A stretch of 64,000 bases of DNA from NCBI RefSeq assembly GCF_006345805.1, contig NC_043009.1, forward strand, positions 63,178,001 to 63,242,000, given 5' to 3'. Position numbers and translations under genes: made by a program. This DNA comes from Octopus sinensis (lineage: Eukaryota). The notes under the pieces are model-generated. The model was given only the letters and a program-made list of their open reading frames with translations, was not told where the DNA came from and did no database searches. Positions 28,240-42,795 of this stretch are shown here, one piece after another; within the stretch, counting starts at the first letter, position 1; each line of letters begins with the position of its first letter.

Positions 28240-28447
28240 CCAAGATATAGATAAGTGGCGGAAGGAGATTGAAATAGAATGGCCTGTAGAGCTCCTACAG
28301 AAAATTTGCCTTTTATGGACAGCAAGGGTTATCAGGAGGATTCTAAGCACTTGAAAGACAGCCGAAAATGTGTGGATACCTAAGGTTACATGTAGTAACC
28401 CGCTACCCACAAAAATCCTACCAGGAATAAGACCTGAGCTTGGTTTC
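28239..28447 (+). mobile_element. 3' tip of a second, divergent R4/Dong-like LINE family
   Basis: DKWRKEIEIEWPVELLQKICLLWTARVIRRILST* resembles the C-terminal QK..LLGTA.ILR motif; different 3' UTR; (aat)n on both sides. Confidence 0.55.
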
Positions 28448-29879
28448 AATAATAATAATTACAGCAGCAGCAGCAGCAGCAGCAGTAGCAGTAGTAGTAG
28501 TAGTAGTAGTAGTTTCAAATTTTTGCATAAGGTGCCCGAGATTTCGAAATGGAAATGTGTACACCTTGTAGCTACCAAAAGTGGTTGTGAAGGCGCGTGA
28601 CTCGTAATCTCTCGTCTCGTCGATGGCCCCTACACCTTTATCCAGTGACCTGAGGTCGTTGAGTGGGTGCTTCTGTTTCCATGGCGGTCTCAAACGACGT
28701 GGATTTATACCACCTAATATGTAAAGTAGTTAAACGGAAAGAGAAAAGTGAGGAAAGCCCAGTTGCCCCATTCCTGTAGAGAGACAGATATTCCGTCACC
28801 CCCCGCTGCTTGTGGATCGTTCCATAAGCAGTTCTTTATATACTCTTTTTGTTTATATTTCCCCTGAAGTCTCCTACTTCTTTTGGGGGTAGCTTTTAAG
28901 ATGTTGTATATACGTTGTGATAGTTGGAGAATTTTTATGTGTGCTGGAATGCTATTAGGCAATGTAATGTAATCATTGTATGTGATGTTTGTAGCTCATA
29001 CACATGTGTGATCCTTTGGTTTTCTTATTGTTTGTGTTCATGGACGTGTAGCTAATGATTTCTTTTCTGTTTGTGTTGTGTGTGTTCTGACTCTTGCTAT
29101 GTGCGTGAGCTGGGCTAATCTTGGTCTTACAATGGTGGTTTCTGCGACAGTGATGGTGGTGGTGGTGATAGGAATACGGTGTTGATGGTAATAATGTAGC
29201 TGCTGTTGTGGGTGGCGTTGGCGTATCTTTGCTACAAACCATCTCCTCCGTATGTTCATATCTTCCTGTTTTATTGTCGGAGTTCTTCCGTTTTCTTTCC
29301 GTTTCTTTCCTCCAGTGATTTATTGCTATTTTGGCACTCCACCACCACCGCCACCTTCGTCACACACAACTTGTCTGTGTGATGTGAGTCAGGGAGGGGC
29401 ATATTGGAGGCGTGAGGGCTGTCTGTTAATGTTTTCTGTGATCTGGTGGCTTTGGTGAGGGTATACCGTCTGTTATTTTTGCTGATGTTGCTTCCACGGT
29501 TGGCGTTGGTTTGCTGCTGTTGATGTCGAATCTGTTCTTCAGATTACAGATAAGTTTACCGCCATCAATTCACTGTGAGGAAACTTCACCGCGAGAAAAG
29601 TGTACCGAGAAAATATATCCATAGTAAAAAGCTATTTAATTGTTAAAAGCTATTTAATTAAAAAAAACACAAAAAAACTCGTGAACTTTCCCTGCAGTGA
29701 ACTGTTGACGGTGAACTTGCTGAACATGGTTTCTGGTCTTGTAGCTAGTGCTGCTACCACTATCATTGTTACTGCAGCCGCAAGGTGTTGCTGTAGTTTT
29801 AGTAGTTTCTGCAAGATGTTGCTGTAGTTTGTGTTGTGGTTGCTTCTGTTGTTGCTAATGTTGATGTTGCGATGCTGTA

Positions 29880-30060
29880 ATGCTGGCTGTAGAGCAGACC
29901 TGCTTTCAGCTGTTGTCGGAGGTAAGAAAATCTTGAGCTATTCAATGGCACCAAAGTTATGACATCGAGGCCTCTTGCTCTCCACAACCAACTGTTGTTG
30001 CTCTCCTTCTGGTATACCTATTAGATCGGGGATTTTGTCCAAATATTGTTTGTTGTGTTT
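29880..30060 (-). mobile_element. Degenerate LINE ORF1 (gag-like knuckle) remnant within CAA-rich low-complexity DNA
   Basis: LDKIPDLIGIPEG...VVESKRPRCHNFGAI resembles an eroded RPRCxxCGxxGH knuckle. Confidence 0.3.
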
Positions 30061-30389
30061 TCACTACCACGTCTCTTGTTGTTGTCATCGTTGTTCACTT
30101 CATTGTCGTCATTGCTTGTTATTGGAATAGTGATGGTCATCATGGTTTTGTTTGTGCTGATTTTGAGTTGTTGTTATTGTTGTTGTTGGTAGTGGTGGTT
30201 TTGGTGGTGGTTTTGGTGGCGGCAATGCATGCCTCTCTGATGCTGGTAATTCAGCGAGCCTACATAATCATCGTTTCTGCAGCAGCTTCTGTTGTTGTTG
30301 TTGTTGTTGTATTCGTTAGTTGCAACTAAGTTCCTCACCATTCCCTTCGTTGTTGTTGCTGCTGTTATTGTTCTTGTTATTCTCATATT

Positions 30390-30766
30390 GGAGGCGCAAT
30401 GGCCCAGTGGTTAGGGCAGCGGACTCGCGGTCGTAGGATCGCGGTTTCGATTCCCAGACCGGGCGTTGTGAGTGTTTATTGAGCGAAAATACCTAAAGCT
30501 CCACGAGGCTCCGGCAGGGGATGGTGGTGATCCCTGCTGTACTCTTTCTCCACAACTTTCTCTCACTCTTACTTCCTGTTTCTGTTGTACCTGTATTTCA
30601 AAGGGCCGGCCTTGTCACTCTCTGTGTCACGCTGAATATCCCCGAGAACTACGTTAAGGGTACACGTGTCTGTGGAGTGCTCAGCCACTTGCACGTTAAT
30701 TTCACGAGCAGGCTGTTCCGTTGATCGGATTAACCGGAACCCTCGTCGTCGGAACCGACGGAGTGC
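30390..30766 (+). mobile_element. SINE family C (tRNA-derived head ggaggcgcaatggcccagtggttagg), representative copy
   Basis: A-box tggcccagtgg and B-box ggtttcgattccc. Other copies at 5431-5744(+), 19239-19558(+), 36012-36362(+), 37255-37558(-); related heads at ~6215, 36875, 61740(-), 63050. Confidence 0.9.
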
Positions 30767-31363
30767 TTCCATCCATATTCTTATATTGGTCACTGATACA
30801 GGTAGTATATATTTAGTGATGTTTGAGCTGAGGTAAGGGGAACCGCCGCTCATCAATGTCGTAGTCAATAGAATCCTATCTCCGCCCACCACTTCATGCA
30901 GCTTAGCTGGCGTGTGTTGTGGTGTCGCCATGATTTTAGCATTAAAATTTACGACAGGGTGAAAGTTTGTTATAAGAAAGGAGCTCCTTGGGCCCCACAC
31001 TTACAGTCCACCTCTTCACCCAGTAAAGTAGGATCTCTTATTGAACGAAATGTCCCAAAACATTAAACAAAGCAAAGTAATTCAAAATATTAAAAATATA
31101 AAAACTACCTTTTCCGCGCGAAAGGAAGCACGCCCAATATACAACAATAAAAACCACAACAATCCATTCTACAATAAGCACAAGGCCTAAAATCGTGGAG
31201 GAGGGTATAAGTCGACTACATCGACCCCAGTACTCGACTGGTACTTATTTTAACGACCCTGAAAGGAAGAAAGGCAAAGTCGACCCCGGCAGAATTTGAA
31301 CTCAGAACGTAAAGACGGACAAAGTACTGTTTGTCCGGCATGCTAACGATTCTGCCAACTTAC

Positions 31364-31682
<319 letters not shown>

Positions 31683-31905
31683 TCCTTTCTACTATAGACA
31701 CAAGACCTTAAATTTCAGGTAGAGGGTAGTAGTCGATTACATAGACCCTAGTGTTTCACTAATACTTAATTTACCGACCCCAAAGGGATGAAGGGCAAAG
31801 TCGACCCCGGCGGCATTTGAACCCAGAACATGAAGACCAAGGAAATACTGCTAAGCATTTCGTCCGTTGGGCTAACCATTCTGCCAGCTTGCGCCAATAA
31901 TAATA

Positions 31906-31962
<57 letters not shown>

Positions 31963-32344
31963 TAATAAAATGCATTAGCGTTGATAGCGAGTGTTAACAA
32001 GTTTATCAGAGAGCTGTTTTCTATGATAAGATTCCTTTTGCCTCTTTCGCTAATTTAATCTGAATTTGAATCCGTCATTTTTGCCTCCGCCACAAAGCAT
32101 CTTTTATTCCAGCAGAGGAAATAGAAACACTTCTGGAAGTCGAGAAAAGCTGGTGGTGACATACATACACACACGCACACACACACACACACATACAACA
32201 CACACACATACACACATATATACATAAATGTATATATGCAAGTACGTATATGTATGTATTCGTGTGTGTGTGTGTGCGTATATATATATGCGTATATATA
32301 TATATATATGCATGCATAATTGGTATATATATATATATATAATT

Positions 32345-32448
<104 letters not shown>

Positions 32449-32510
32449 TATATATATATAGATTATATATATAATGCATATCGATATTATATCTCTCTCT
32501 ATATATATAG

Positions 32511-32548
<38 letters not shown>

Positions 32549-32564
32549 TATGTTTATCTATATC

Positions 32565-32611
<47 letters not shown>

Positions 32612-32644
32612 CACATATATATATATATATACATACATATATAC

Positions 32645-32725
<81 letters not shown>

Positions 32726-33419
32726 TATATATATATATATATATAACATATATGCAAATATACATATAAATAACACCGTTATGTAATATATGTATATTCA
32801 TGTTTACCAGAGGCGAATAAATACGTCGTAAACTGAGTGTGTCATAAATAGTGAAATCAAGAATGATCAGCGACCGAATCATAAACCACAGAATGGCAAT
32901 CTTAATACCATATCTGCGTCATAACTTGGTGCTGCTACATAAACATAATCACATCACTAATATCGGATATGTTACAAATATAGCTGTGCTATAGGCGCAG
33001 GCGTAGCTGTGTGGTAAGAACCTTGCTTTCCAACCATGTGGTTCTGGGTTCAGTCCCACTGCGTTTCACCTTGGGCAAATACCTTCTAGTTTAGCCACGT
33101 GCTGACCGGAAACTGAAAGAAGCCCGTCGTATATGCATATATATATATATATCTATGTGTGCGTGTGTGTGTGTGTCTTTGCGTGTGTGTCTGTCCCCCG
33201 TCAACACGTGACAACTGGTGCTGCGTGTTTACGTCCCATAACTTAGAGACGGATATAAGTATTAGGCTTAACAAATAAGTCCTGGGGGCGATTTGTTTGA
33301 CTAAAACCTTCAAGCCGGTTCCCCAGCATGGCTGCAGTCAAATGGCTGAAGCAAGTAAAAGATACTCTTATCTCTTATATATTGTATTACTCATTATGAG
33401 TAGCACTGATATAAGTCTT

Positions 33420-33760
33420 CCGTGTGTAAAATGCCTGAACGCCTATCCTTTACGTATTGTGTGTGTAGGTTACGGTTCGCTTGAACTTCCAGAGAATCGC
33501 AGTTCTGTAGGTGAATGACTGGACAAATTCGGTAAGGGGCCTGGGGATCAGAGATAGCCGGTTCGACGTGGGTGTAGCCAGACGGGTGCATTGACTGAAG
33601 ATCCTATTTAATCTATAACGACCATATATATTACGAGAGAGAGAATTTCGGAAGGATTGGTTCTTCAAGAAGGAAATAGGAAGCATAGTGATAATGTGGG
33701 TGATGGACAACAGAAATAGGAGTGAGAGACTGGCTTTTGTGTGGATGTTGCTATAGAAGA
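33420..33760 (-). mobile_element. Degraded LINE 3' end (Jockey/L2-like)
   Basis: LSLIPRPLTEFVQSFTYRTAILW resembles the P..RT....SF..RT..LWN terminal motif. Confidence 0.35.
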
Positions 33761-33810
33761 ATCGGATACAGAGGGAGGACTGTGTTGATGGTGATAACGT
33801 TGGCAGAGAA

Positions 33811-34040
33811 GGCGGCGAGCTGGCAAAGTCGTTAGCACGCCGGGCGAAATGCGTAGCCGTATTTCGTCTACCGTTACGTTCTGAGTTCAAATTCCGCCGA
33901 GGTCGACTTTGCCTTTCATCCTTAAATAAGTACCAGTTACGCACTGGGGTCGATGTAATCGACTTAACCCGTTGTCTGTCCTTGTTTGTCTGTCCTTGTT
34001 TGTCCCCTCTATGTTTAGCCACTTGTGGGTAGTAAAGAAA
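33811..34040 (+). mobile_element. SINE family B (ggcggcgagctggcag head), representative copy
   Basis: B-box gagttcaaattcc. Other copies or fragments at ~545-760(-), 3900-4195(-), 6440-6790(+), 10240-10654(+), 10700-10890(-), 25735-25940(-), 26605-26820(-), 31175-31365(-), 31680-31895(-), 34715-34925(-), 40660-40830(+), 44845-45055(-), 57385-57520(-), 61057-61335(+). Confidence 0.9.
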
Positions 34041-37000
34041 CAGATAATGTGGGGAGAGTTAGAGAAGGGGAGATAATTTATTATTGAAACTGGAAATTAA
34101 CGGCCAAGTCATGTAAAATAGTTTATGTGCTTTGACATTATTCGAAAACAAATTTGCCGAAATTGGGAGTTTAGTAATTTGTAAGCCATGTGAAGAAGGC
34201 TTGCAGAAAAGTATCAAAAGTATTAAATGCAAGTAAACTATCGACTTCTCTTTCATAAGTCAGTTTTTGACCAGATAGAATTTCAGTAATCATGACTGTT
34301 TTCGTTCGGACTGTTAACCTGATCATTAATTTGTTGAGGCTGAAGTAAATGATAGCAAAGCGAATCACTCTATCTGTCTCTGTACAGCTGTTGACCCAAC
34401 CCTTGACACATCTAATATGTCGGAACTTACTATAAGGTTTCTTCTATTGTCTTCTCTTTTGTTTCATTGATATGGAACCCGTCTGACTTGTATTTCCCCC
34501 AGGTTTAACTATATGAAATAGTCGACATTTCATCGAAGCTATAATTTCTCTAGAAATATTTTGTAACCAAAGAGAACGTTGGTTATTTCATTCAACACTT
34601 TATATAATATATATTTGGTATAGTGTATGTTTATATATTCTATCTATCATAAATAGTATAAATATTTGGAGAGGATTTTCTGTTTTAACCGAACTTTTAT
34701 CGAACCAAAATATTGGTTTCAGATTTCGGCACAAGGCCAGCCGTTTCGAGGGGGTTGGATAAGTCGATTATATTGACCTTAATGTTCAACTGGTCTCTAT
34801 TTTATTCACTCCGAAGGGATAAACGGCAAAGTCGACCACAGTGGAATTTAAATGCAGAACGTTAAGTCAGAAGAAATGCTGCTAAGCATTTTACCGAGCG
34901 CGGTAACGATGGTGCTCGCCATCTTTACCAGACCGAAATATTAAGAAAACATTTACCATTATTCTAGTATACTTTGTAGTAAATCATTCCTTTTGAGTTT
35001 AGAGTTAAAGAATTTGAGACAGAAACATTTTACGAACCGTGATGAATGTAATACTTATCATTCTCATAATGATATAGACCCAATTATTATTTGTAGACTA
35101 TGGTATCATAGTGCCAGATGCTTGGCAGATGTGGCTGACGAAAAGACCTTTAAAAAAAGATTTTCTAATGGAAGAATACAAATCTTAAAGCAAGTACCGG
35201 ACCAATTATTTGGGAAGCTTGGGACCAGAAGTGTTCCGGATTTCTGGATTTTCCGTTTTTCCTAGAGACAGTCTAAATATATGCCTAGAATATAACATAA
35301 ACTATGAAAAATAAAGAGCTAAGTTTTATTTGACAGATTTAACTTAATACCATTCTAAAGTCGGGGTTTGTTTGATATTTATTAATCCTCTTGGAATTTT
35401 ACAAATATATCATACTCTACAATGTATGACGTTTATAGGATAGGACAGGATTTTATTTAACGGGTACAGGTAAACATTATGTTTAATCTTTATCAATCCT
35501 GTTTAAAAAGTAGAGAGCAAAGCTATTTATAACACATCGTATGTAAATTAACGAATTTCAAAAACAGAATCTGTTTATTCAATACAGAACATAGTATGTT
35601 GCACAATATTGCACAATATTCTCGAATTTCTGGAAGTTTCAAATTTCTGGAAGTCGGATAAAGTACTGTAAAATAATGCGATTAAAGAAATACGACCGTT
35701 TTGAAAAATTATTTTTCCTAATTCATTCTGAGATTTAATAACAAATTATATCGGAGAAAGACTTAGTAAATATGATTCTTTGATTTCTTGTGTTCTAAGC
35801 AATGAAATAACAGAGGTGGCTGTTGACATCTTCCATTTGTTCTCTATTCATATACGAAAGAAAAAACAAACAAATTTAAAAACTGCGAACATTCTTTTTA
35901 ATCCTACTGAAGTCGACATCGCCTCTTGTCCTTCGGGGTTGACACAATCAATTGTTCGCAGCATCAACGTCTGTAGAAAATTTAACCATTACTATCCTTG
36001 TATAGTCTATAGGAGGCGAAACGGTCCAGTGGTTAGAGCAGTGGACCTTTGGTCGTAGGATCGCGATTTCAATTCCCAGACCGCGCATTGTGAGTGTTTA
36101 TTGAGCGAAAGCACATAAAGCCCCACGAGGCTCCGGCAGGAGGTGGTGGCGAACTTTGCTCTATTCTTTCACTACAACTTTCTCTCACTCTTTCTTCCTG
36201 TTTCTGTTGTACCTGTATTTCAAAGGGTCAGCCTTGTCACGCTGAATCTCCCCGAGAACTACATTAAGGGTGCACGTGTCTGTGGAGTGCTCAGCCACTT
36301 TCACGCGCAGGCTGTTCCGTTGATCGGATCAACTGGAACCCTCGTCATCGTAACCGACGGATCGCCACGTTTGTCTAGAGTATTACTCCAGTTTATTAGT
36401 GTAATTACTGCATTATTTTATCATTATATGTAATATTTCGTGCTTTCATAAGCGAGATTTAATTTCTATGCATTTAGCCAATTGCATTCATAGCTTCCAC
36501 TTATGCAATGTATAATGCAAACTACATGTCAAATATTAAGTACAAAAACAAAAAAGATATAACCGAACGAGGTTTCTAGGTTTACTATGAAGACATGTTA
36601 TGACAGAGCCAGCTGTTGCGCAGTTTGTAGTTTTCTAGTGAATCAAATCTTTTTCCACTAATATTCATGCAAGCTAACTTTATATAAGCAAATACTGTGT
36701 CGGCGTTATTGTTGGTAGAAAAGACTTTTGCTAAGTATCCGCTTCCATATAAACATAACAAGCATCCCAGAAGGCTCTGTCTCTTTCCCCTGCTATTTAC
36801 TTGTCTGTCTGTATACATAGCGCTCGCATCTTTTTTTTATATTTATGACCTGGTTTAAAAGAGGAAGTATATTTTGTATGTGGCTTGGTGGTTAAGGTCT
36901 TCGGCTGACAATCGTAAAATCGAGAGTTCGATTCCCAGCGATGCGTTGTGTCCTCGAGCAAGACATTTTATTTCGCGTTACTCCAGTTCACTCAACTGGC

Positions 37001-37617
37001 AAAGATTAGTCGTACCTGTAATTCAAGAGGGCCGACCTTGTCACGTTCTGTGTCACGCTGAATCTCCCCGAGAATTACGTTAAGAGCACGCGTGTCTGTG
37101 GAGTGCTCAGCCACTTGCACGTTAATTTCATGAGCAAGTTGTTCCGTTGATCCGACCAACTGGAACCCACGTCGTCGTAACTGACGGAATGCTAGTTATG
37201 GATGGCAATAAATATCTACATCTGTATATATTTATATCTATCTGCCTGTCTATAAAACGATAAACGTCGCCCTTTTCAAGCCTAGCCAGGCTCATGGGCC
37301 CAGTTTCCCGGTTTCTGTGGCGTATGTATTCTCCCCCATCTGGACGGGACGCCAGTCCATCGCAGCGTTACTCAGAAACAGGAAGAGAGAGTGAGAGAAA
37401 GTTGTGGCGAAAGAATGCAACAGGGGTCGCCACCACCCCCTGCCGGAGCCTTGTGGAGCTTTTAGGTGTTTTCGTTCAATAAACACACACAACGCCCGGT
37501 CTGGGTAACGAAACCGCGAACCTCTGACCGCGAGTCCGCTGCCCTAACCACTGGGCCAGACAGACAGACAGACAGACAGACAGATAGATAGACAGACAGA
37601 CAGATAGATAGATAGAC

Positions 37618-37698
<81 letters not shown>

Positions 37699-38077
37699 CG
37701 ATTGGTTTTCTCATAGTTACATTCTAGCAAATTCGCACACAATGCATTGGTAGGTTGGAGGTGATGGAAAATACTTTCTCAAGACACCGTACAGCGGGAT
37801 TGAACCAGAAAGCCTTTGTGGTTGCAAAGCAGACTTGCTAATCACACAGCTTCCGGTACCTTGTATGTGTAAGTAAAGACTTTATAAGGTTAGAATTTTT
37901 TTCTCTTTATATCTATTTACTGACGTTATTTCTAGAAAGATAGTATTGTAGTCTGAGATTAGATTCTACCACAATACACGTCAGACAAATATCTAATCTC
38001 AATGAAACGTAGAATACAAAGATTAAAGCAGAATGACATTTTGTGAATGATTTCTCAGTGTTGTCTCTCAACACAGG

Positions 38078-38410
38078 ATGTCGGAATGCCGAATGTCGAA
38101 ATGCCGAATGTCGGAATACAGAATGTCACAATGCCGAATGTCGGAATGCCGAATGTCGGAATGCCGAATGTCGGAATGCCGAATGTCGGAATGCCGAATG
38201 TCGGAATGCCGAATGTCGAAATGTCAAATGCTGGAATATTAGTTGTAGTAGGGCTGAATGTGGGAATAACGAATATTGGAATACAGGTTGTTCGAACATT
38301 CGATGTCGGTGTACTGAATGTCAGAATGTAGAATGTCAGAACAATGGATATTGGAAAACAGGATCTCGGAATACTGGATGCAAGAATGTCGGAATACTGA
38401 ATGTCGGATT
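38078..38410. repeat. 15-bp minisatellite (aatgccgaatgtcgg)n, ~10 near-perfect and ~12 degenerate units
   Basis: Read directly from the sequence; translates to NAECR, MPNVG or CRMSE repeats. Confidence 0.9.
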
Positions 38411-39897
38411 CATGGTTGCCTTAGCAATAGCAGCAATATTAACAATCAAAATAACTCTCACTGGCTTATTTTATTTTCAGGCTTAATGTATCTTGGTCTA
38501 CATTACATAATGTGTATTTCTCATTCTATGGGAGTAAGACCTGATTCGATGGCCATTTGCTTGTTATTTCTAGCGGGTCAAGGAAGCACATAGAAGCTTC
38601 CCGAAATAACTTTGATCATTGAACTCCCCGGTGAGAGCAGAACGCAACAGCAACAACATCAAGCATCACAAAGCTGTGGAGAAGGACTAATATGAAAGTG
38701 TGTTCTAATGTCCACAATTTGAATTGATTAATAATCAGCTTTTTACAAGGATTTTTACATAAGCGTAGGAGTGGCTGTGTGGTAAGTAGCTTGCTTACCA
38801 GCCACGCTACGTGACACCTTGGGCAAGTGTCTTCTACTATAGCCTTGTGAGTGGATTTGGTAGACGGAAACTGAAAGAAGCCTGTCGTATATATGTATGT
38901 ATGTATATGTATGTGTGTGTGTGTGTCTGTGTTTGTCCCCACCCAGCATCGCTTGACAACCGATGCTGGTGTGTTTACGTCCCCGTAACTTAGCGGTTCG
39001 GCAAAAGAGACCGATAGAATAAGTACTAGACTTACAAAGAATAAGGTCTGGGGTAGATTTGCTCGACTATAAAGGCGGTGCTCCAGCATGGCCGCAGTCA
39101 AATGACTGAAACAAAGAGTAAAGTAAAGAGTAAAGTTCATAACACACGTAAGAAGGTGACCTTCACCGCCCAGATGGAATCCTGTGAAACTGATCGGTGT
39201 TCTGCCAGCTTTCTGTTTCTTAGTGGAGTAAGAACTGGGACATACTGGAGTCTTTTATCCACTTTTCTCAACCAATTAAAGCTGTGGAAACTAGGATAAA
39301 CAGGAATATGGCTTGCTTCGTTTAACCAAAAGAAACAACAGATATCAACTTCTTCACAAGGTCAGGCTATTTATATGGAAATCTTCGGTAAAGTTTCTTG
39401 TTGAAATTAAAATGAATGAACACACATCATGATAAATTAGTGTCACGCAAGTAGACTAGTTTGTCAGATATTACTGACTCCCAAACACATGGTTACCAAA
39501 ACATAACCAACGACGGTATAATTCTTGAAAAAAGGTTATTGGGCAAACTTAACGAGACCCGTAATAAATAAAAGTTTGGGTCAAACTCATTTGTCGGGAG
39601 ATTCTAAATCTATTTATAATTATTTACTTTCACGTGGCGTTTATATTTTGTTAACAATATTTAATTGAAGATTTTAAAATCCATGAACCCACTTTTTTTT
39701 TATTGTTTTACCTATTTCAGTAGCTAGACTGCGGCCATGCTGAGGCACCCCCTTGAAAAATTTTAACCGAGCAAATCGATCCCAGTAATTATTTCTTAAG
39801 CCTGATTCTTATGCTATCGGTTCCTCTTGTTGAACCGCTAAGTTACGGGGACGAAAACACACCAACGCTGATTGTCAAACGGTGGTGGTAGAAAGCA

Positions 39898-39935
<38 letters not shown>

Positions 39936-41164
39936 CCCCCACACAAATACGACGGGGGTTTCTTTCAGTTTTCGTCTACCAAATCTACGCACAAGGATTT
40001 GGTCGAATCGAGCCTATAGTAGAAGACACTTGCTCAAGTTGCCATGCAATGGGACTGAACCCAGAACCATGTGGTTGAGAAGCGAACTTCTTGCCTCACA
40101 GCCACGCCTACACCTACATGTTAAAACCTTTTCGCTATGTACTTTATCACTAAACAAATTTCCTTTTATCACTTCATAAATTTCCTTTTATTATTTAACG
40201 GCTTAAAAGCCGACCTCTGTGCGTACTTTTGAGCTAGCTCCGGTAAAGGGTTAAATGGGCTTACGGCCTCAAACTAAAGAGAGAAATAATAATAGAGCAT
40301 TTATCGGTACCCTACCAATATGGTATTACCCTAGCAATATGGTATTGCCCTACCAATATGATATTAATTTAAATTCAGTTTAAATGAAAACTTTGTAAAT
40401 TGACAAATTTTTGTAGTTCCTTTAAACTTTGAATTTTCAACAGTTAGCTTATAACAAACCCTCATCCAGACCTGATCCCAATGCTGGATGTTCAAGAACC
40501 AAATGAAGGGCAGCTTTTCAACCCCAGGATCATCCTGATTCCGAAAGGGTATATCTATGCAGAGCAAATGTAGACTCTGAAACAGGGGTCCGGACGGACA
40601 GAATTTCGCATTTATTATTATAGATTTTCAATGCAAAGGATGCGATTTGATTGAGTCATTAGCACACCGAACAAAACACTTCCAGGTATTTCTTGCGGTT
40701 TTACTTTCTGAGTTCAAATGCCAGCGGGATCGACTCTGTTTTTCCTCCCTTTCGGTGGTCGATAAAATAAGTTCCGGTGACGATCTAATAGATTTTTCCT
40801 CTCCCCTAAACTTACTGATTTTCTGCCGAACTTTGATATCATAATTTATTCAATTTTCTTTTTATTTTGTTACGATTTTCTACGTGTTAGTTTTTTTTAT
40901 GAAATATACACGCACCACCCTTCTGTCTTCAGATGCACCACCTATTGTCTTCAGGCTTCGACTGTCGACATTTCACACTAGTCGTTCAGTTGTCAAACAT
41001 ATTTAATCACAACAACTGTTATAGGTCAGTTTGTGCATTGGTATATTGTTAAAAAACATCTCTCAATACAAGACTCCGTGATGTAGGAATTTCGTAAGTC
41101 TGTCTCACAGGTATTGGGTTACAATCAACTTATCTCTTTGATAACTTCTCACTTTTACATATAT

Positions 41165-41212
<48 letters not shown>

Positions 41213-41339
41213 CATACATATATGTACACCCAGATATATATATATTTGTATGTATATTAACATATATATACATATATATATATATACATATATATATATG
41301 TATATATATATATTTGTATGTATATATGTATATATATAT

Positions 41340-41387
<48 letters not shown>

Positions 41388-41612
41388 GTATGTATGTATA
41401 GATAGATAGATAGATATAGATACCGGAGTGAGGTGGGTATATGTGTATGCATATGTATATATATATATGTGTGTGTGTATGCATATGTATATATGTTTGT
41501 GTGTGGATGCATGTGTATATATATGTGAGTGTGTGTATGCATATGTATATATATGTGTGTGTGTATGCATATGTGTGTGTATGCATATGTATATATGTTT
41601 GTGTGTGTATGC

Positions 41613-41685
<73 letters not shown>

Positions 41686-41964
41686 ACGTATGTGTGTATG
41701 CGCGTGTGTACATGCTTCAAAACAATCTTGTTTACCACTGTGCATAAACAAATGTGCGCGCGCATCTGTTTATGCACAGCATGGTCTTATGGCTATGTAT
41801 TTGTATGTGCTTGTTGAGGCTTGACTCTGTGTGTGTCTGTGTATGTACATGTGTGTGTATGTTGGCACATGTGGGATTCTCAGTACGTGTTTACGTATGT
41901 TTTTGTATTAGAGTGTTTCTTTTAATGATCATTGCTCTAACGACCTTTACAGTGTGTATCAGTT

Positions 41965-42051
<87 letters not shown>

Positions 42052-42074
42052 TACATATATTATATATATAATAT

Positions 42075-42116
<42 letters not shown>

Positions 42117-42593
42117 CCTACTTTGACGAACATACTTTCGTATATCAGATTGCCTGAACTCATTGTTAAATGTGAAGATTGGTTTGCGTGCACCAGTTCT
42201 ACTCTTTAGAAAAGAGTTTAGCAATAATAGCTTATGGGTTAAGACATTTACAGAAGAGTTATTAGTTTTTAATCAAAATATGCCTTCTGAACTCGCTTTC
42301 AAACGAATTTACTGAGCCCAGCCTCTCTCCATTTTATTGCAGTGTCAGTCAGTTAGGAGCAGTCTGAGTGAAAACCGGTATGTATAAATTGCGCACAAAC
42401 TCATCGAATGGACTGTACTGAGAATTTAAAGAGCTACGTTTGTCTCAGAAGATTTTCAAAAAGAACAGATAAATAAGATTTATATACTTTTGATCTTCTG
42501 ATATATATATATATAATATATATATATATATAATATCTATATATATATATATATATATATATTCAAAATAAGTAACAAGGCTATCCAAGGTAG

Positions 42594-42677
42594 TGTAGTA
42601 CAATCGTTTCATGTTACTTCATTTTATTAAACAATGTAAATATTACATCAGTTGATGTAGAGCAATCTTCAGCCACA
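42594..42677 (-). ncRNA. Degenerate type I HHR in a ~145-bp insert between (TA)n tracts
   Basis: Minus strand reads TGTGG CTGAAGA ... GAAAC GATT GTA CTACA. Stem I pairs (one G-U); stem II is eroded. Confidence 0.5.
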
Positions 42678-42721
42678 TATAGAATTTTTATAATTAAACG
42701 GGCAATGTATATATATATATA

Positions 42722-42795
<74 letters not shown>

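Noticed and set aside
30390-30460. tRNA-like sequences at SINE heads
   Set aside because: They continue directly into SINE bodies and lack a complete cloverleaf; not tRNA genes.
35179-35668. Possible pogo/Tigger-like MITE
   Set aside because: Each end resembles a Tigger terminus, but the two ends are not reverse complements of each other; element boundaries unsupported.
40310-40366. 19-bp x3 tandem repeat
   Set aside because: Short local duplication with no further structure.
40930-41000. Minus-strand CTGAACGA...GAAATGTCGACAGTC
   Set aside because: Core has an insertion and stem I does not pair; too eroded to call.
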